48,731 nucleotides of DNA from a virus (lineage: Duplodnaviria; Caudoviricetes), in the IMG/VR virus record IMGVR_UViG_3300020446_000016, positions 1 to 48,731 of that record; one strand, written 5' to 3'. Positions 46,424 to 48,731 of this stretch are shown in pieces (the first letter of the stretch is position 1; each line of letters opens with the position of its first letter). Below the pieces are notes generated by a model. It was given only the letters and a program-made list of their open reading frames with translations. It searched no databases and was not told the DNA's origin. Both the position numbers and the translations under genes were made by a program.

Positions 46424-46431
46424 GATAAATA
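46424..46431 (+). promoter_or_regulatory. T4-like late promoter box (GATAAATA), 5 nt before ATG 46437
   Basis: GATAAATA-TTAGT-ATG; no Shine-Dalgarno sequence. Confidence 0.7.
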
Positions 46432-46436
46432 TTAGT

Positions 46437-47804
46437 ATGGCAAATAAACTCAATGGATTCTTAGATAATTTAGTTAGTGGAGCATTAAGTCCAAAAGGTA
46501 ATCTTGGTGACTTTGCACACGCGGCAAGACTGTATGTAGATGACGCACATAGATTATCGCCTAAACATAAATTTTTATATCACGTAAGTTTTAATTTAAA
46601 TCCAGAAGCAGTAAAAATTATTCCACAATTAAAAACACAAGAAATTAATATGTTAGTTAAAAGTGTTGACTTGCCTAAATATCAAATCAGTACAACACTA
46701 AAACATCAATACAACAAGAAAAGAAACTTACAAACAAGATTAGATTATGATCCTATCAACATTGTATTCCATGATGACAACTATGGACAAACAACTGCTA
46801 TGTGGGAAGCATATTATAGATATTATTACAAAGACGGAAACTATGCGGCATTAGATGGAAGTAGACAACCTAATACTAGTAACCCTGCCTATGCAAGGTC
46901 AACAACGTATGGTAACGAAATGGTCAACAATTATAGATTTGGTTTAGACAATGATCAATTAGAAAACTTTTTTGAAAGTATACAAATTTATCAAATGTCA
47001 AGACATAGATATACTTGTTTCACTTTAGCAAATCCTATAATAAGTTCTTGGCAACATGATACAATGGACAACAGCGACAGTGGTGCAGTTTCAAACACAA
47101 TGACAGTACAGTACGAAACTGTATGGTATGCAAGAGGTCCTGTAACTGAAGGTACTGCTCCTAAAATGTTTGGTCCCGCAAGTGGTCATTATGATAGTAT
47201 GCCTTCGCCTAATTCATTAGCAGGTGGTGGTGCAGTAAACTTATTTGGTCAAGGTGGTATTGCCGCAGGAGCATCAGATGTATTCAGTGATATAACAAGT
47301 GGTAATGCATTTACAAGTCCACAAAACTTTTTAGGTACAGTATTAAAAGCATCTAGTGTTGTTACAAATGCTAAAAACTTATCAAGCGATGGTATTAGAC
47401 AAGAAGGCTTTGGTATATTAAAAGATCAAATTGGTGCCGCTACTGGTATTGACGTAAGTGGTGTTGCCAATACTGCTTTTCCTAAGATAGGTGGCAGTGG
47501 TGGACTAGGAAAGACTGCATTAGCAGTTGGTGGTGTTACAGCGGCTATTGGTGTTGCTAAAGCAATCAAGAATGGTTCATTAAGTAGTGCAACAAGTTTT
47601 TTAAGTCAAAATCCTAATGCATTAGATGATTTAACTAAAGCAACTACATTTAAAAAAGCACACATCAACAACGGTGGTATACCAACTCCCGACGCAATAA
47701 ATACTGCATGGAACAATTTAAGTTCTAATGTTAAAAGTGCATTGAATAGTGATACATCAAGTAATTTAAAATCACATAATCAAAACTTTGACATAAGCAC
47801 ATAA
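46437..47804 (+). CDS. Tail-tube-fold baseplate / tube initiator protein (gp54/gp48-like)
   Basis: LVKSVDLP...QYNKKR...YDPI.I.FHDD...W..Y...NPII.......MT.QYE tube-like fold with a low-complexity C-terminus; follows gp19. Confidence 0.6.
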   Translation: MANKLNGFLDNLVSGALSPKGNLGDFAHAARLYVDDAHRLSPKHKFLYHVSFNLNPEAVKIIPQLKTQEINMLVKSVDLPKYQISTTLKHQYNKKRNLQTRLDYDPINIVFHDDNYGQTTAMWEAYYRYYYKDGNYAALDGSRQPNTSNPAYARSTTYGNEMVNNYRFGLDNDQLENFFESIQIYQMSRHRYTCFTLANPIISSWQHDTMDNSDSGAVSNTMTVQYETVWYARGPVTEGTAPKMFGPASGHYDSMPSPNSLAGGGAVNLFGQGGIAAGASDVFSDITSGNAFTSPQNFLGTVLKASSVVTNAKNLSSDGIRQEGFGILKDQIGAATGIDVSGVANTAFPKIGGSGGLGKTALAVGGVTAAIGVAKAIKNGSLSSATSFLSQNPNALDDLTKATTFKKAHINNGGIPTPDAINTAWNNLSSNVKSALNSDTSSNLKSHNQNFDIST

Positions 47805-47814
47805 GGTAGATGAC

Positions 47815-48231
47815 ATGGGTGAAAACATTACAACAAAACAAAATACAGTTGCTTCAAATGTAAGTGGTAATCTACCTCAGAGTCAGCAAGTAAATGATTC
47901 TTCAACTTTAGTTAAAAAATTCTTTAATTCATATTACACAAAACCTTTAGAATTTAATAGTAACGAAGTAGATGCAACTATTGGATTTTTTGAAAAAAGA
48001 GGTTTTGATAAAACTAGTGCTCAAACAATTTCAACTATAATAATGCAACAAGCAAAAATAGATGGAGTAAAAACTTTTGAATTACTAGACACATTGGGTG
48101 GATTTGATGATGTGCAATTAAGTTCTGTCATTACAGAAGTTTTAAATTATAACAGAACAAAAATAAGTGCATTAGGTTATAAAGTAGATCAAGCAACAAA
48201 CAAATTAGATGCACGTAACATAATGGTATAG
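47815..48231 (+). CDS. Hypothetical protein
   Basis: 138 aa with TAAGG RBS; helical (FFEKRGFDK.SA...LN.NR.K.S.LGY). Confidence 0.65.
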   Translation: MGENITTKQNTVASNVSGNLPQSQQVNDSSTLVKKFFNSYYTKPLEFNSNEVDATIGFFEKRGFDKTSAQTISTIIMQQAKIDGVKTFELLDTLGGFDDVQLSSVITEVLNYNRTKISALGYKVDQATNKLDARNIMV

Positions 48232-48235
48232 TGCT

Positions 48236-48676
48236 ATGCCTAAGTTCGCACAAGGCAGATACAATTTAAAATTTCCAGAAAAATATTTAGGTAGAAAAAC
48301 TCCTTTGTATAGATCAAGTTGGGAGTTTGCTTTCATGAAGTTTTGTGATGAGAATCCAAGTGTGGCTCGTTGGGCAAGTGAAAGTGTTAAGATACCTTAT
48401 AGAGATCCTTTGACAGGCAGTATGACAATATATGTTCCTGATTTCCTTATACAATATACAGATAGAAAAGGCAAACAAAGAGTAGAATTAATTGAAGTTA
48501 AACCTGAAAACCAAATGAAGCGAGAATCTGTAGGTAGGGATAAATTTAGACAAGCACAATACGTAAGAAATATCGCTAAATGGGAAGCCGCTAGGGCATG
48601 GTGTAAACAGAAGAAAATAGTGTTTAGAGTCATAACCGAAAATGACATTTTTCATCAGGGCAAGAGAAAAGGCTGA
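48236..48676 (+). CDS. gp4: Head completion nuclease (T4 gp4-like, TnsA-type PD-(D/E)xK)
   Basis: YRSSWE..FM.FCD.NP.V..WASE...IPY...Y.PDF...IEVKP...N.AKWEAA..WC.....F.VITE. Confidence 0.88.
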   Translation: MPKFAQGRYNLKFPEKYLGRKTPLYRSSWEFAFMKFCDENPSVARWASESVKIPYRDPLTGSMTIYVPDFLIQYTDRKGKQRVELIEVKPENQMKRESVGRDKFRQAQYVRNIAKWEAARAWCKQKKIVFRVITENDIFHQGKRKG

Positions 48677-48682
48677 TAAATA
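48675..48682 (+). promoter_or_regulatory. T4-like late promoter box (GATAAATA)
   Basis: Overlaps the gp4 stop; precedes the ATG at 48709. Confidence 0.65.
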
Positions 48683-48708
48683 ATAGTAGTATATAATGGA
48701 TCCAAAAT

Positions 48709-48731
48709 ATGACTAAAAAATTAGAGGAACT
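48709..48731 (+). CDS. Start of next gene (MTKKLEE...), 3'-truncated; product not assignable
   Basis: Open to the window end, downstream of a late box; only 7 full codons visible. Confidence 0.45.

Noticed and set aside
365-48648. Numerous short antisense or out-of-frame ORFs (e.g. 19054..19662, 26358..26981, 27736..28161, 9087..9305, 896..1165)
   Set aside because: They lie within or across long genes, have no RBS or recognisable motifs, and look like shadow frames caused by codon bias.
48236-48676. Tn7 TnsA transposase or mobile element
   Set aside because: Length, motifs and context fit the T4 gp4 head-completion nuclease, which shares the fold.
48696-48716. Micro-ORF MDPKYD overlapping the next start
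   Set aside because: Six codons with no support beyond chance.
1-48731. Stop-codon reassignment, selenocysteine, introns or inteins
   Set aside because: The standard code gives near-complete coding density; TAG and TGA serve as real stops (34630, 48231, 48676); no split core genes or intein C-terminal HN-C/S/T blocks were recognised.
1-48731. tRNA or rRNA genes
   Set aside because: No intergenic space with a cloverleaf or T-loop (GTTCRA) signature was seen.

Overview
An AT-rich (roughly 35% GC by eye), densely coding segment of a large T4-like myovirus genome, probably aquatic or marine. It covers the virion morphogenesis region. From the left it holds tail-fibre/baseplate-type structural genes (including 1772, 2031 and 2529 aa modular proteins), three Gly/Cys-rich adhesin-like paralogs interleaved with two tail-fibre-assembly-chaperone-like genes, and a coupled modification cassette (GT9-like glycosyltransferase, SGNH-like protein, NodU/CmcH carbamoyltransferase, methyltransferase). 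A reverse-strand block follows in which neck/tail-completion genes (gp14, gp15) lead into NUDIX, hldE, hldD and a cupin, i.e. ADP-heptose synthesis. The right end has gp13, a small lipoprotein, a dNMP kinase, a degenerate HNH protein, tail sheath, tail tube, a tube-initiator-like gene, gp4 and the start of a further ORF. T4-type late promoter boxes (mostly GATAAATA) punctuate the region. Most interesting: a candidate phage-encoded heptose glycosylation/decoration system for the virion; phycobiliprotein-like KCxRD helical modules and an intact blue-copper motif in structural proteins; a small domain inserted at several unrelated sites; apparent avoidance of AGCT and GCWGC; a structured 5' leader; and GNA-triloop hairpin repeats. 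All family assignments come from recognising motifs by eye; no database search was run.
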